A stretch of 64,000 bases of DNA from Squalus acanthias. Lineage: Eukaryota. The stretch is from positions 158,968,001 to 159,032,000 of the forward strand of contig CM059430.1 of NCBI GenBank assembly GCA_030390025.1. The letters run 5' to 3'. This document shows positions 37,841-50,149 of the stretch, one piece after another. The stretch's first letter is position 1. Each line of letters starts with the position of its first letter. The notes under the pieces were generated by a model, which was not told the origin of the DNA, searched no databases, and worked only from the letters and a program-made list of their open reading frames with translations. A program made the translations under genes and the position numbers.

Positions 37841-38844
37841 GCTGTCAGCTTTCAAGGTGCATTGTTTACTATGAAAGGTCTGTAATGTACAATAATTTCT
37901 ATTCCACTCTTGCTCAAACCACAGGCTTCCCAGTGTAGAGGTTACCAAAATGAAACCATTTTGTGTGTGAGCTTAGGTCCATTGAGTACTGGCTGAAAAC
38001 AAGGAACAAGCACATTTCTACATGTGATCTGCAATAACATTAGTAAAGGGTGACCTTGATTGCTCATCACTAAACTGCTATGAAGAACAAAAGAAAAAGA
38101 TATGCCAGATTATTTGAGGTGTAAAATCTGGAGTTTTGCACCTTATTGTCTCATGTACATCTTTTGCTGACGTGAACCATCCCCATTGGGGTAAACTGAG
38201 ACACTTGGGGCTTGATTCTAATAAATGGTCAGTTGCATCTCTTCCTTTCTTTCAATTTAATTTATTCTGGAAATCACAGTGTTAAGAATTACATTTCCAG
38301 TAAAAAAGACAACAAATTACATGATCAATGAAGTAAAGGACAATAATAATTACATAATCAATGAGACAGGAAGGAGATAATAATTTTGTATTGGATTTGG
38401 AGAAAGACATCAAATTACTTAGTCATCAGTTAGGAGAGACTATTTAAAGGCTGGGTGCAAATAAGGCATTTTGAATGGTAGGCGAGTTTTACAGATGAAA
38501 AATTTAAAGGGTTGTTACTGGCTCAATGATGGAGTTCTCTGCAGAACCTGAACTCAGAACAGAAACTCAACAGAATATAGATAGGGGTTTTGCTACAGTG
38601 CTTTATTTCATTTGAAATCTTCCTATTGAATCCCATCATTAGCCATTGAAACTAATTGAGAAACGTCAACCAAAAACTGCTGAATACTGGTTGGAATTAA
38701 GCTGCTTGATGACTGTAGCTGTGGACCAGGTCCTCACAAAATAACACAAAAACAAAATACTGCGGATGCTGGAAATCTGAAATAAAAACAGAAAATGCTG
38801 GAAATACTCAGCAGGTCAGGCAGCATCCGTGGAGAGAGAAACAG

Positions 38845-38881
38845 AGTTCACATTTCAGATCGATGTCCTTTCGTCAGAACT
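38845..38881 (-). ncRNA. Decayed minimal type I hammerhead ribozyme in the Penelope 3' region
   Basis: Minus strand: AGTT-CTGACGA-aaggacatcgatct-GAAA-tgtg-AACT. Both core boxes, stem I (AGTT/AACT) and an imperfect stem II are present. Confidence 0.6.
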
Positions 38882-39002
38882 GGAAAAAGTTAGAGATGTA
38901 ACAGATTTTAAGCAAGTGCAGGGGCAGGGACAGGGGGGAGAGGAGGAAAGAACAAAAGGGAAGGTCTGTGGAGGGCAGGAGTGATTAAATGACAAAAGGT
39001 AT

Positions 39003-39378
39003 AAGAACATAAGAAATAGGAGCAGGAGTAGGCCATTTGGCCCTTTGAGCCTGCCCTGCCATTCAATAAGATCATGGCTGATCTTCTACCTCATCTCCAC
39101 TTTCCTGCACTATCCCCATATCCCTTGATTCCCTTACTATTCAAAGATCTATCGATCTCTGTCTTGAATATACTCAATGACTGAGCCGCCACAGCCCTCT
39201 GGGGTAGAGAATTCCAAAGATTCACCACCCCGTGAGTGAAGAAATTTCTCCTCATCTCAGTCCTAAATGGCCGACCCCTTATTCTGAGACTGTGACCCCT
39301 GGTTCTAGACTCCCCAGCCAGGGGAAACATCCTCCCTGCATCTACCCTGTCAAGTCCTGTAAGAATTTTATATGTTTT
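39003..39378 (-). mobile_element. 5'-truncated CR1 inserted in the Penelope element
   Basis: ORF 39091-39330 is the CR1 C-terminus, with a (TTCTTATG)n tail and a possible TSD GTAT (38999-39002 and 39379-39382). Confidence 0.93.
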
Positions 39379-40269
39379 GTATGATAGTACAAAGCAAAAG
39401 GAGATGGTAATGGGACAAGTAAAGAAACAAGAGATGAGTCCAGATGAGGTGTAAATGGGAATGGCAAAATCATCAACAGCTACCAGGCGAAAAAATAGGG
39501 GCAGAGGTTATGGTCTGAAATTGTTGAACTCAATGTCGAGTCCAGAAGGCTGTAAAGTGCCTAATCGAAAGTTGAGGTGTTGTTCCTCGAGCTTACATTG
39601 AGCTTCGCTGGAACAGTGTAAGAGGCCGAGGACAGAGAGGTCAGAGTGGGAGTGGAGCAGAGAATTAAAGTGACAGGCGACGGAAGCTCGGGGTCACGCT
39701 TTCGGATTGAACGGAGGTGTTCCGTAAAGCGGTCGCCCAATCTGCGTTTGGTCTCCCCAATGTAGAGGAGACCGCATCGTGAGCAGCGAATACAATATAC
39801 TAAGTTGCAAGATGTTTAAGTAAATCGCTGTTTCACCTGGAAGGAGAGTTTGGGGCCCTGGACAGTGGGAAGGGAGGAGGTAAAAAGGCAGGTGTTGCAT
39901 ATTACAAAATAATCCAAACAATTTGTAGGTTTAAAGTTGTAGTGCATCCCCAATTCTTTTTTTTCTAATCAAACACATTTTGTGTTCAAAGTGAATGATG
40001 GAACACTTTGCATTTAGGGCTCCCAGTGCAGATTTAACTTGGTAACCCTCATCTACTATCATCGGCAATGTACCTCAGCTCCAACATCATAGGAAGACCT
40101 AATAATGCACCAGACTGCCATTTTTCTATTTCCCACAACAGACATGCTGTTCTCTTTGGGTGAGATTACTATTGTACTATCAATTAGTGCTGAGTTATGG
40201 ACAGTTTTGTACTGTGAGTTCATGTCCACTAGAAACTGGGTTGTAACTGTCCAAAATCTCAATACATAA

Positions 40270-40646
40270 ACAATGAGGAGGTTAGTAACAGACTGGTGAA
40301 ATGGGCAGATGAAATTTGATGCAAAGAAGTGTAAAATAATACATTTTGGTAGGAAGAATGAGGAGAGGCAATATGAACTAAATGGTACAATTTTAAAGAT
40401 TTAATGAGGAAACATTATTTTGCACAGCGAGTTGTTGTGATCTGGAATGCGCTGCCTGAAAGGGCGGTGGAAGCAGATTCAATAATAACTTTCAAAAGAG
40501 AATTGGATAAATACTTGAAGGGGAAAAAAATACAGAGCTATGGGGAAAGAGCAGGGGAGTGGGACTAATTGGGTAGCTCTTTCAAAAGGGCTGGCACAGG
40601 CACAATGGGCTGAATGGTCTCCTTCCGTGCAGTATCATTCTATGAT
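40270..40646 (+). mobile_element. CR1 3' fragment with an internal deletion
   Basis: aagtgtaaaataatacattttggtaggaagaatgagg is joined directly to atgaggaaacattattttgcacagcgagttgtt, followed by a CR1 tail. Confidence 0.85.
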
Positions 40647-41011
40647 TCGACAGGATCTTTACAGCTTGCATCCCTGGATGTCCACTATCATCTCAGCATC
40701 AGTCTCACTTAACTCAGATGAAATTTAACATGAAATAGTGCTAACATCGAATCCATATTATTGCTGCTGGCTAATTACATTATCAGATACCCCAGGTGTA
40801 AACATTATATGGACAATTTTAACCATACTCGCCCTACAGAAACCAGGCTGTTAAAATAGGTTATGTGACGTACCTATCAATTTACCGCCTGGATCCCGTT
40901 ATCTTTCGTTTTAACCTGCCCTTCTGAGCAGGCACCTGAAGCCAGCAGGATCCTTTTAAAATATGCAATTCACGGTCCAATGACATAATTGCAGTTGGGG
41001 CCCGATGATAA

Positions 41012-43670
41012 CCCTGGCCTGAGGTCGAACTCCAAACCATCATCAATACCTTCACCGAAGCGTACGAGAGCATGGGCCTTACACTAAACATCCGTAAGAC
41101 AAAGGTCCTCTTCCAACCTGCCCCCGCCACACAGTACTGCCCCCCGATTATCAAAATACATGACGAGGCCTTGAAAACGTGGACCACTTTCCATACCTCG
41201 GGAGCCTACTGTCAACAAGGGCAGACGTCGATGACGAAGTCCAATACCGCCTTCAGTGTGCCAGTGCAGCCTTCGGTCACCTGAGGAGGAGAGTGTTTGA
41301 AGACCAGGACCTCAAACCCGGCACTAAGCTCATGGTCTACTGTAAGGGGTTTTGTCGTGCTTGTATCACAGACGGTGCTGGTGCGAGGTTAGGCCTTTGT
41401 TGCCTAATACTATTGCTTGCTCTGGTCTCCGGCCAGCCTTGTTGCAATAAGCACCTGTGAGTGGTTCGACCCACTCGCCCTTACAGTTCTAACACTGGAC
41501 TTAGGTGCGAGAGCAGTAATGCAGAGAAAAACTCAAATAGACCCGGTTGAATAGTACGAAATGGAAATCTTTATTGCATAGCGTCCAAAATCATGAAGTA
41601 CATGTCATAGGCGCAAATTAACGAGAGTACAAGTATACATACATTCATAAAGCTTGGTCTATGGTAATGAAGAACGCACGGCACATCGTAAAAAGGGGAA
41701 CACATTATACTTTATCCTTAATAAAACCACCCTCCCCTATCAATACCTACACTACGTCTAGATTTGTAGGATCGGGAAACATGCTCACCACTCGTGATAC
41801 TTCGGAGAATTTTAAAGTGAGGCACTCGGCTCGTTCGCTGCAGCGCCTGTCTGTCACATGTTTGGAGGGGTCTCTGTACCCCACTTGTTTATCTTCGCTG
41901 CTGCGGCAAGCAGGCCGGGCTCCCCGTTGTCATGAAGAACTCGACAGAACTCGGGCCCGGTTGTAGAACTCAAAGAAAAGTCTTCCTGTACTGACACCAG
42001 TGTCGGTAGAATTCAATGAAGAGTCTTCCTATGGTGATGGAGTCGATGGACCTAAACCGGTTCGTGCAATAACCCGTAGAATTCAAGAAGTGAGTTCTAT
42101 ATTTTCGGGCGCGGTCGGGGTTTACTGACCGCGGCGGCACGTGGATTCTTCTTCTTTTCTTGTCATTTCGTCTTGTCTTGTTGGGCCTTCGGGTCCAGAC
42201 ACCGTTTACCGACTCTTGGGATGGCGCACCTGGTCACTTGCCCTTGTCGAGGCGGCTCGTTCCGTTTGAGCTCCACCCAACATTCGAATAACCGACCAGT
42301 ACGGCTAAAAGACAAGAGTCAACAATGTCCAGCCCTAAGGAAAAGCTTCGGCAGTCAGCAGCAAGCTAAGAGACCGATGGACGTTTGTTCACTATAGTTA
42401 TAGTGCTGTGTTCCCTTATCTCCCGCTCAAATCTTAATGTTTGTCCTTTGTGAAATATTGGCGCTCAAAACTCCCAGCATGGGGCGATTCTTGTCTTTAA
42501 CGGGTTTCGGTAGCACCTGAAACTGGCCAACTATCCGTTAATGTTTTCCCCATTGTTGACCCAGCCAGGATTGTCTGAATCGTCTCCCTGACTGGTTTTG
42601 GGGGCCCCCGAATACTCGTTTGATCACCCGTCAATGTCTCTCTCATTGTAGAGCCGTGGGGGTATTTGTGTATTGATGTGTCTGGATGGGCCTTCGATTG
42701 CCCAGTACAATGGTCCTTACTTGTGCATGGAAAACGATTCCAGCACTTATATCTTTTGCTATTGTTTCGAATGCAAACAGGTTGCATCCTGTCTTTATCA
42801 GTGTTTATCGAGTATGATCCCGTCTTATATTGAAATGTTTATTCGAACGCCATCTTGTCTGCCCACTGTAATTCTGGAAACTTCTGCCACGATGCGCGGC
42901 GGCCATTTTACAGGCTTCTGTGTCCTTTATATCATGACAGCATTTCGTTTAATAAAACTGATCAAGCGAATCTGCTTCTCTTGTGTTATTTTGAATCGCG
43001 ATAATTGCGAAACTTTACACTACAGAGCAGCAGTGATACCTGCCCTCCTGTATGCCTCAGAGACATGGACCATGTACAGCAGGCACCTCAAAGCACTGGA
43101 GAGGTACCACCAACGCTGCCTCCACAAGATCCTGCAAATCAATTGGCAGGATAGGCGCACCAACGCCAGTGTTCTCACTCAGGCCAACATCCCCAGCATC
43201 GAAGCTTTGACCACGCTCGATCAGCTCCAATGGATGGGCCACATTGTCCGCATGCCCGATACGAGACTCCCAAAACAAGCGCTCTACTCGGAGCTCCGAC
43301 ACGGCAAGAGAGCCCCAGGTGGGCAGAGGAAATGCTTCAAGGACACCCTCAAAGCCTCCTTGAAAAAATGCAACATCCCCACCGACACCTGGGAATCCCT
43401 GGCCCAAGACCGCACAAAGTGGAGGAGAAGCATCTGGGAAGGCGCCAAACACCCAGAGTCTCTTCACCGGGAGCAAGCAGAAGCCAAGCGCAAACAGCAG
43501 AAGGAGCGCACGTCAATCCAAGCACCCCACCCACCCGCCCCTTCAACCACCGTCTGCCCCACCTGTGACAGAGACTGTAGGTCCCGCATTGGACTCATCA
43601 GTCACCTGAGAACTCATTTTTAGTGTGGAAGCAAGTCATCCTCGGTTCCGAGGAACTGCCTAAGAAGAAG
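41012..43670 (+). mobile_element. RTE-clade LINE, 5'-truncated (pieces 41012-41340 and 43020-43670)
   Basis: MGLTLNIRKTKVL, FPYLGS, ASAAFGHL, TKLMVY|RAAVIPALLYASETW, WMGHIVRM...RLPK, a C-terminal CPTC...HLRTH zinc finger and an (AAG)n tail. Confidence 0.93.
41341..43019. mobile_element. 1679-bp probable solo LTR (retrovirus or Gypsy); orientation probably minus
   Basis: Begins TGTAA and ends TTACA, with an exact 4-bp TSD CTAC (41337-41340 and 43020-43023). Removing it restores the RTE reading frame. Confidence 0.8.
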
Positions 43671-44542
43671 ATTAATTAAGCGTCACACCTCTCCATGGCG
43701 GGATACTCGGACACCCCGATATCCGCGTCCGTAAAATTGGCGGCGGGCTGGCGTCGCATCCCACGCTTTTCACTCTTTAACCACCACCCCTGACCCTCTC
43801 CCACCTGCTGTGGGAGGGTTAATATCGAGGCTTCACTCTCTGGGACCACACATTAAATAATGGAGACTTGGGGAAGTAGAGGAGGGCTGCTGGCGACCAT
43901 GGAATTGTACCCAATATGAGTAAAAGCTTGGGGTGGAAGGAGGGCAGTAAAGAAACCTCTTATGCCAACACTTAAAATAGTTCTTAAACTCCAAACACTT
44001 AGATAGTTATTACACTCCAAACGTGATGCGTCAGCACTGAATGGTGTCTTGCCACTAACAGCAGAAAGCCAGGTTTAGTGTTTGTACAAAATGACATTAA
44101 ATCAGCACCTTAAATCTACAAGTGAAATGTCGACATGGACAAGTTTTGACTAACTGTACATTGTTAAAATATTCCCTCTCTCGAATGAAGCAGCTACTTT
44201 CGCACGAAAGACCCTGAAGATTTAGGGCTCGGAGACATTTCGATAAGACTAATAAATCAATGACAACTCGTTTTCAACTCTGTTGAATTAAAGACCAACT
44301 GAACCAACTGAGAGGTCTTGCTCTCTGCAAGGCTCTGCTTTGAAGGTTCAAAACAGGAAACGTTTCTTTTAATTAACAGAAGAATTTCCGTTTCCTTCGT
44401 ACTGAACAACCTACTAAAGAAACTCACATGAATGCATTATTTCTGAGAATGTGATTGCATTAGTGGGTCATTAAATCCACAGAAAAAGTTTTCATCCCTC
44501 TCACTAAAGCTTACTGTCGATTCAGGTATTTCCTGAAAATAA

Positions 44543-44720
44543 GATGATCTGGTCATTATCACATTGCTGTTTGTGGGAGCTTGCCGTGCGCATGTTGGCT
44601 GCTGCGTTTCCCTACATTACAACGGTGACTACATTTCGAAAGAACTTCATTGGCTACAAAGCGCTTTGGGATGCTGAGATTGTGAATGGCACTATAGAAA
44701 TGCAAGCCATTTTTCTTCTT
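44543..44720 (+). mobile_element. DeuSINE (SacSINE1/AmnSINE1-like) 3' fragment, well preserved
   Basis: atctggtcattatcacattgctgtttgtgggagcttgccgtgcgca...cattacaacggtgactaca...aaagcgctttgggatg...ggcactatagaaatgcaag. Confidence 0.75.
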
Positions 44721-44762
44721 TTTCCCTCAGTAGATTAAACAACTGAATCTGAGAATTACATC

Positions 44763-44920
44763 AGAACATAAGAAATAGGAGCAGGAGTAGGCCAATCGGC
44801 CCCTTGAGCCTGCTCCGCCATTCAATGAGATCATGGCTGATCTGATCCTAACCTCAAATCTAAAGAACACAAGAAGTAGGAGCAGGACCCGGCCACTCAG
44901 CCCCTGGGCCCGCTCCGCCG
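44763..44920 (-). mobile_element. CR1 3' UTR fragment with a duplicated terminal module
   Basis: Two tandem aagaa.taggagcagga...ggcca...gcccc...gctccgcc units, as seen at 7699-7935. Confidence 0.85.
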
Positions 44921-46010
44921 ACGGGTTCTCCCAGGTGATGGTTATTGTGTAATCACAGTTGCTTCAGGAGCAAACGGTGCCATAAAATAACCATGAACTA
45001 TGTTCATATGCCAACAAGGCAGAGGCACTGCTAGGTCTAGTTATGAGTAATGAATGAGATCAGGTAGGTGAGTTAAATGTGGGTGAGCACCTCTGGAGTA
45101 GTGGTCCTAATATGATACGGTTAAAGGCCCAAATAAAAATGGAAAACGTATAAAACCAAAGGCACTAGATTAGAATAGGGCAGGTTTTAGAAAGATAAGG
45201 AGAAAGCTACTGAGGTGTGGTGGAAAGAGATATTGCACACAGGACTGTAAATCAATGATTTTTAGTAAAAGATTACAAAGGTGCAGAATAAATATATACC
45301 ATTAAAAAGGAGACAACTTCAAGTTGCAGAATGTTGTTGAAAACTGAAGAGGTTAGAAACAAACTAAATTTGAAGAAGCGTGCAAATGGGGTCTATAGGT
45401 ATGATAAAAAAGAAAGAGAGAGAATGCAACAAAAGTACAGGAAGAGGTTGAGAAAGGAATGTGAAAAGCAAAGAGGGATTATGAGTGGAGAATCTCGAAA
45501 AATATTAACCCGAACAGTAACTATTTTCTAGAAATTTTATCAGTAAAAAGACACTTGTCAAATGTGGGATGGAACAACCGAGAGGAAAGGATAGTGAATT
45601 TGTAGAGCATAAGAGGAAATTGATGATAATATTTAACAAGTAATTTGCTTCAGTGTTTACAAAAGAGAAGAATATTAGGCAGAAGATAAGTCCTGAATTG
45701 GTCAAAAGTGACTTGAGATATATAAAATATAATCGTATTAGATAAGTTAATTAAGCTAAATGAGGACAAGATGCCAGGATCTAATGGAATACATCTAAGG
45801 ATCCCAAGGGAAATGAGAGAAGAAATAGTGGACGCCCTGGAAATTATATTTCAGGGTTTTATTGAGAGTGGATGTGTGACGGAGGACTGGAGAGTGACCA
45901 ATGTAATACTCATTTTCAAAAAGGCAGACAGAGCTAACCCAGGTAATTATAAGCCAGTTAGTTTAACATCTGTGGTGGGGATAATTTTAGAATCTTTAAT
46001 TTAAGATGAA

Positions 46011-47466
46011 GGCCTGGAGTTTCCGCTCGATTGCACTGGTTTTCTCAGTGCAATTCACCCGATCGAGACATAACCAATTCACAAATCGTGGAATTTTAAT
46101 CGCAAATTGCGTTCAGCGCAACTCAAGTTTCCGCGATCTTTGGCACTAGACTTAAAAACATCGCGCTAGAAGCAGGCCCCGCCTACAAAACTGGCTACGC
46201 CCCCAGGGTGAATTAATCACCATTGGGAGTTTCCGCTAATTGTGCTCGTTTGCAGACCTTCGAGGAGGCTCCAAAAATTAAGTTGGTTCATTTGGGTGCA
46301 AGGACATTAATAGATACATTTTGAGCGGTTTTGAATGAAATTTTAAAAAAGCTACTAAGGAACTGACTACGGAACCCAAGTCTAACTAGAAAATAGTTTT
46401 GTAAATTTTTTAAAAGTCATTTTCTGTCATTTAAAATCAAGTTACTCACAGGCAGTGGATTGACACTGTGATTTTAAATGCTTATTTTTTGTGATAAACC
46501 CATTTTCAGTTGTATTAATCAAACTTTACCAAGTTCCCACTCTTAAATAGATCATGGAATTCTCTTTAAAGCAGTCAAAAAAATAAATTGGGCTAGAAAT
46601 TCACCTCCTTTGCACCTCCCGTTAGCGCCTCCGGGGGGCGATAACGACTTACCGCACAGGCGCGGCGATAGCACCGCTGCCTGTGAAATTCACCTGGAGG
46701 TTTGCGGCGGTGGTAACCCCTAGCGTCACGATCTCCTGCGCCCTGAGATCATGACGCCATCCGGCTGTGCAGCGCCCCGGACCCGAAATTCTCTTCCGCC
46801 ACCTGCAGTCTTGCCGGGCGATCACACCGACAGCTCCAGCAGGCGTTGTTCGGGAGGCCGGGCGCTTCGAGAGCGGTAATTAAAAGTAAGGCGGCTGGTC
46901 TGCAGAAAAAATTTGTTTCCGTCTCTTAAGTTGCCATTTGAAAGTTTTTAACTGCCGCGATTGATCAGCCCTGCACTTTCTTAGAGTGCTTGGAGCTGAT
47001 CGTTGCGGATCCTGGCTGCCATCGGTGACAAGGGACATCTTTGAAATGCACAGCCTGTAGCAATGGCCCTTCCCTTTAAGGGAGGAAAGGAGCCTCGAAT
47101 CCCGGCAGTGCTGCCCGGGACAATGTGCAGCTCTGCACCGTTACCGCCCCTCCTGCATGGTTAGCGCTCCAGAAGGGAAGTGGTAGCGCTTGATTTAGCG
47201 CTCCACTTCCTTCCTGGAGCACGAACACCCAACTTAGAGAAAGCTGAGAATCATTAGCGCCTGCCGCTAATTTTTCCAGCTTTCAAAATTTATCGCCCCC
47301 AAATTTCTCCCCCATTATATTTTAAAACGCTGCCCGCTTGCGCTGGTTCACGGCAGATTTTGCATTCGGCGACATACAAATGATTTTGCATGGCAACTCT
47401 GGGGGAAAAAAAACACTTTTCAAAATGGGCAGTTTACGATTGCGCCCAAAGCAGAAATTCTACCCC
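46011..47466. mobile_element. Harbinger-type MITE hosting a nested MITE
   Basis: TIRs GGCCTGGAGTTT / AAATTCTACCCC, TSD GAA (46008-46010 and 47467-47469). The CR1 is colinear on both sides. Confidence 0.8.
46590..47313. mobile_element. Harbinger-type MITE (TAGCGC family), nested
   Basis: TIRs GGGCTAGAAATT / AATTTCTCCCCC, TSD ATT (46587-46589 and 47314-47316). Similar to 59503-60139 and to the left arm at 10808. Confidence 0.85.
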
Positions 47467-47634
47467 GAAATTAGTCAATATCTAGATGAAGAGAAAATAA
47501 CTTGAAGCAGCCAACACACATTTCAGAAGGGAAGCTGCCAAGGGATATTCATAAGATGGTGGAATGGGCAAAAACATAGAAAGATTGAATTTAATGTGAG
47601 GTGGTACATTTTGGTTCAAAATATGAAAGTAACA

Positions 47635-48369
47635 GGGCTCGAATTTGCGGTGGGAGGTATACCTCCAGAGTACGCCTCCGACCCGAAAAAAAATCCGAAC
47701 CAACATGCTGGCTCCCAGGCTTCAGAGACTTCGGGTCCTAGGCCTGCAGGTGTACGCCTGCGTAAGGGCCCACGGATCCCGGGGACGCAGGCGGTTCGGC
47801 AGCATCCTTTGGATCACGTGGACCAGGTCCTCCTATCAGAAAGGAGGATTCCATTGCTGTCATTTCTGAACTGAATCCCCCAATGACAAACAATAGCATC
47901 CCCAAATAATTAAAGAACTTACACAGTTCTAATAAAAATAAATGTTCCCGTTTTCACGTTGAATTAAAAGTCCCTTTAATGAAGCATATACAATAAACAT
48001 TTACTTTTTTGAAAAATAATTTTAAACATTTTAATCAGGGCCAAAATTTACATAAACTAATTTTAAATGTTTGTGGATGAATTTTTATTTTTAAATTTTT
48101 AATTTCCCTTACGCTGATGAAAGCTGGCTTTTACCAGGTGTAAGGGTTTCATGGGCATCTGCTGGGCAGTAGTTGGGCAAATATCCCAACTCTGCACCAG
48201 CTAAAGTGATTTTACTTTTGGTTCGGAGGATCTGGCAAGGTGAACCTAGACAGATCGCGAGTTCCGGGTTTTCGCGCATGCGCAGCGCATGCGGAAACCT
48301 GGAACTTGCGGGGCCTTTTACAAGGCTTACGACAGCGTACGTCATCATCGGCCCTGCAAAATCTGGGCC
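47635..48369. mobile_element. Harbinger-type MITE
   Basis: TIRs GGGCTCGAATTTGC / GCAAAATCTGGGCC, GC-rich arms and an AT-rich core. It interrupts the CR1. Confidence 0.75.
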
Positions 48370-49124
48370 ATTGTGCTTTGAATGGGGGCAAACTCAGTAA
48401 TGTTGAAGAACAGAGAGATTTGGGCATTCAGGTTCACAAGTCTTCAAAAGCAGCACTTCAACTAGATAAGGCCATAAAAAAATGGAAACCTGGGTTTTAT
48501 GGCAAGAGGTATCGAATGTGAAAGCTGAGATGTAATGGTGAATCTATATGAAACTTTAGTAAGATCACAGTTGGAATATTGTCTACAGTTTTGAGCTCCA
48601 CACTATAGGAGGGATGTTGTGACAATAGAAAAGGTAGGGTGCACATTCGCTAGGATGCAGCCTGGTATGAGCAAATACAGACTGAATAAAGATTTGAAAA
48701 ATTTAGGTTGTTTTCGTTAGAAAAGAGATTAAGGGGTGGTTTGATAGAGGTCTTTAAATTTATGAAGGGGTGGGACAGAATAGATAGAAACAGATTGTTT
48801 CCAGGGATTGAGGGGGCTCTGGAATAAGAAGAAAGAAAGAGAGAAAGAAGAGAAAGAAAGAGAAAGAAAGGATTGGCATGTAAGAGATTTGGAATAGAGA
48901 GTTGAAGAAACATTTTTTACACAGAACATTGGAAGGCTCTGGGATGAGCAGTTTGTTTCCATATTGTAATTTCTATGTAATTCTGTGAACTGTGATCACA
49001 AAGAAGTAAACAGATTTTTTTAAATCAGAATTTCGTCTTCAGAGGAAGACTTACTCAGCTGTAGTTCGTACAAAATGCCTCAGTAAAACATATAGCCACT
49101 GAACGCTGACGAGGCTTTCTTGGA

Positions 49125-49495
49125 CAATTTTCTTTCCTGAAGGCACTGACTCTTGCTGTAGATACAGTTCTACAGATACCAGCAGTCCTCCCAGTTAGTT
49201 TCTTTTTTACTCAAGTCACTATTCTTCATATGTGAGCCGAGGCAATGAAAATGAACACTTGGTTGTAGTATCACCATTTGGGTAAAGTACCAAGTGGTTA
49301 TTCTGCTGGCAACTGTGGAACAATAGCTCAGTAACAGTTAATCAAAGGCAGAAAGTCTGGCTGATTTTTGCCTTCCCTGGCCCATGAGCACTGAGGCTAA
49401 TTGTGGAACTCCAACTGAAATGAACTACCAAAGCACAGAACAGTATGGCTCAATGCTACATCAGGCAGTTCCTTTACCCACTAGGCTATTGGAGA
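49125..49495 (-). mobile_element. AmnSINE2-like SINE, degenerate
   Basis: cctgaaggcactgactcttgctg...attcttcatatgtgagcc...ctggctgatttt...ctgaggctaattgt...gtatggctca...tttacccact. Confidence 0.6.
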
Positions 49496-50149
49496 CGTTA
49501 ACAAAATAGTTCAGTGGCACAGATGTTGTACAAGATAGTTTAACCAGATGGCCATACCTCATTAAAGGAATTGGTGGTAAATAGTCCAAATTTAGCAACC
49601 AACAGATATCAGAACAAGTATGACAAGGAACAAGATTACTGAGTTACAGTACTCTTGTGCAGGATATGGTGTACATTATTTTTTAATGAGGCTAGAAAGG
49701 ATTCACTGCTAAGTTGCTTTCACTCTCTATGTCATTCTATCCATTACCAACCTAAGTATTTCACTAACTTAAATGAAATTCAGTTCAATCTGAAGTAATA
49801 TTAACAAATTGATTTTCAGTTTCTGTTAAATGTATATTTTTCCTGTTGATTTTATAGAGTTGAACTTTGTTATGGTGTCATCAGCATAAACATTAAAAAC
49901 ATATTTAAGATGGGACAATTATAAAATACTACCGCCCTGTTGATTATATCAATCCTAGTTTTGTTTCATGATCTTGGAAAAACCCCTGCTCTTTGACATT
50001 AAATGCAGTGCCATGCAACAATCAGCAGCAGCCCTTGTAGCAATAGTTAGTAACATTAATGGTAGGTCCAAGGAATTTCAGAAAGATGAAAAACCAAACC
50101 TATACAGGAGTAAAAAAAACAGGAATTGGTGGTACAATATATCTTCCCC

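Larger units (their letters stand above)
38743..39902 (-). mobile_element. Penelope-like element 3' part (GIY-YIG endonuclease), interrupted by a CR1
   Basis: Minus-strand translation of about 39700-39900 gives CNTC...FQVKQRFT*TSCNLVYCIRCSRCGLLYIGETKRRLGDRFTEHLRSI. Confidence 0.88.
40809..43832. mobile_element. Harbinger-type MITE split by the RTE and LTR insertions (arms about 40809-41011 and 43671-43832)
   Basis: Right end GGGTTAATATCGAGGC is complementary to the left TIR of the MITE at 2272. The left end is degenerate (GGACAATTTTAACC). Confidence 0.6.
44990..48980 (+). mobile_element. Old CR1 LINE interrupted by three MITEs
   Basis: Decayed ORF2 pieces, including 45771-46004 (WRVTNVILIFKKADRANPGNYKPVSLTSVVG) and EEQRDLGIQVH near 48400, with a CR1-like tail at about 48970. 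Confidence 0.85.

Noticed and set aside
42673-43623. 316-aa ORF as a novel gene
   Set aside because: It is a chance fusion: the N-terminus is read-through from the LTR, and the rest is the RTE ORF C-terminus.
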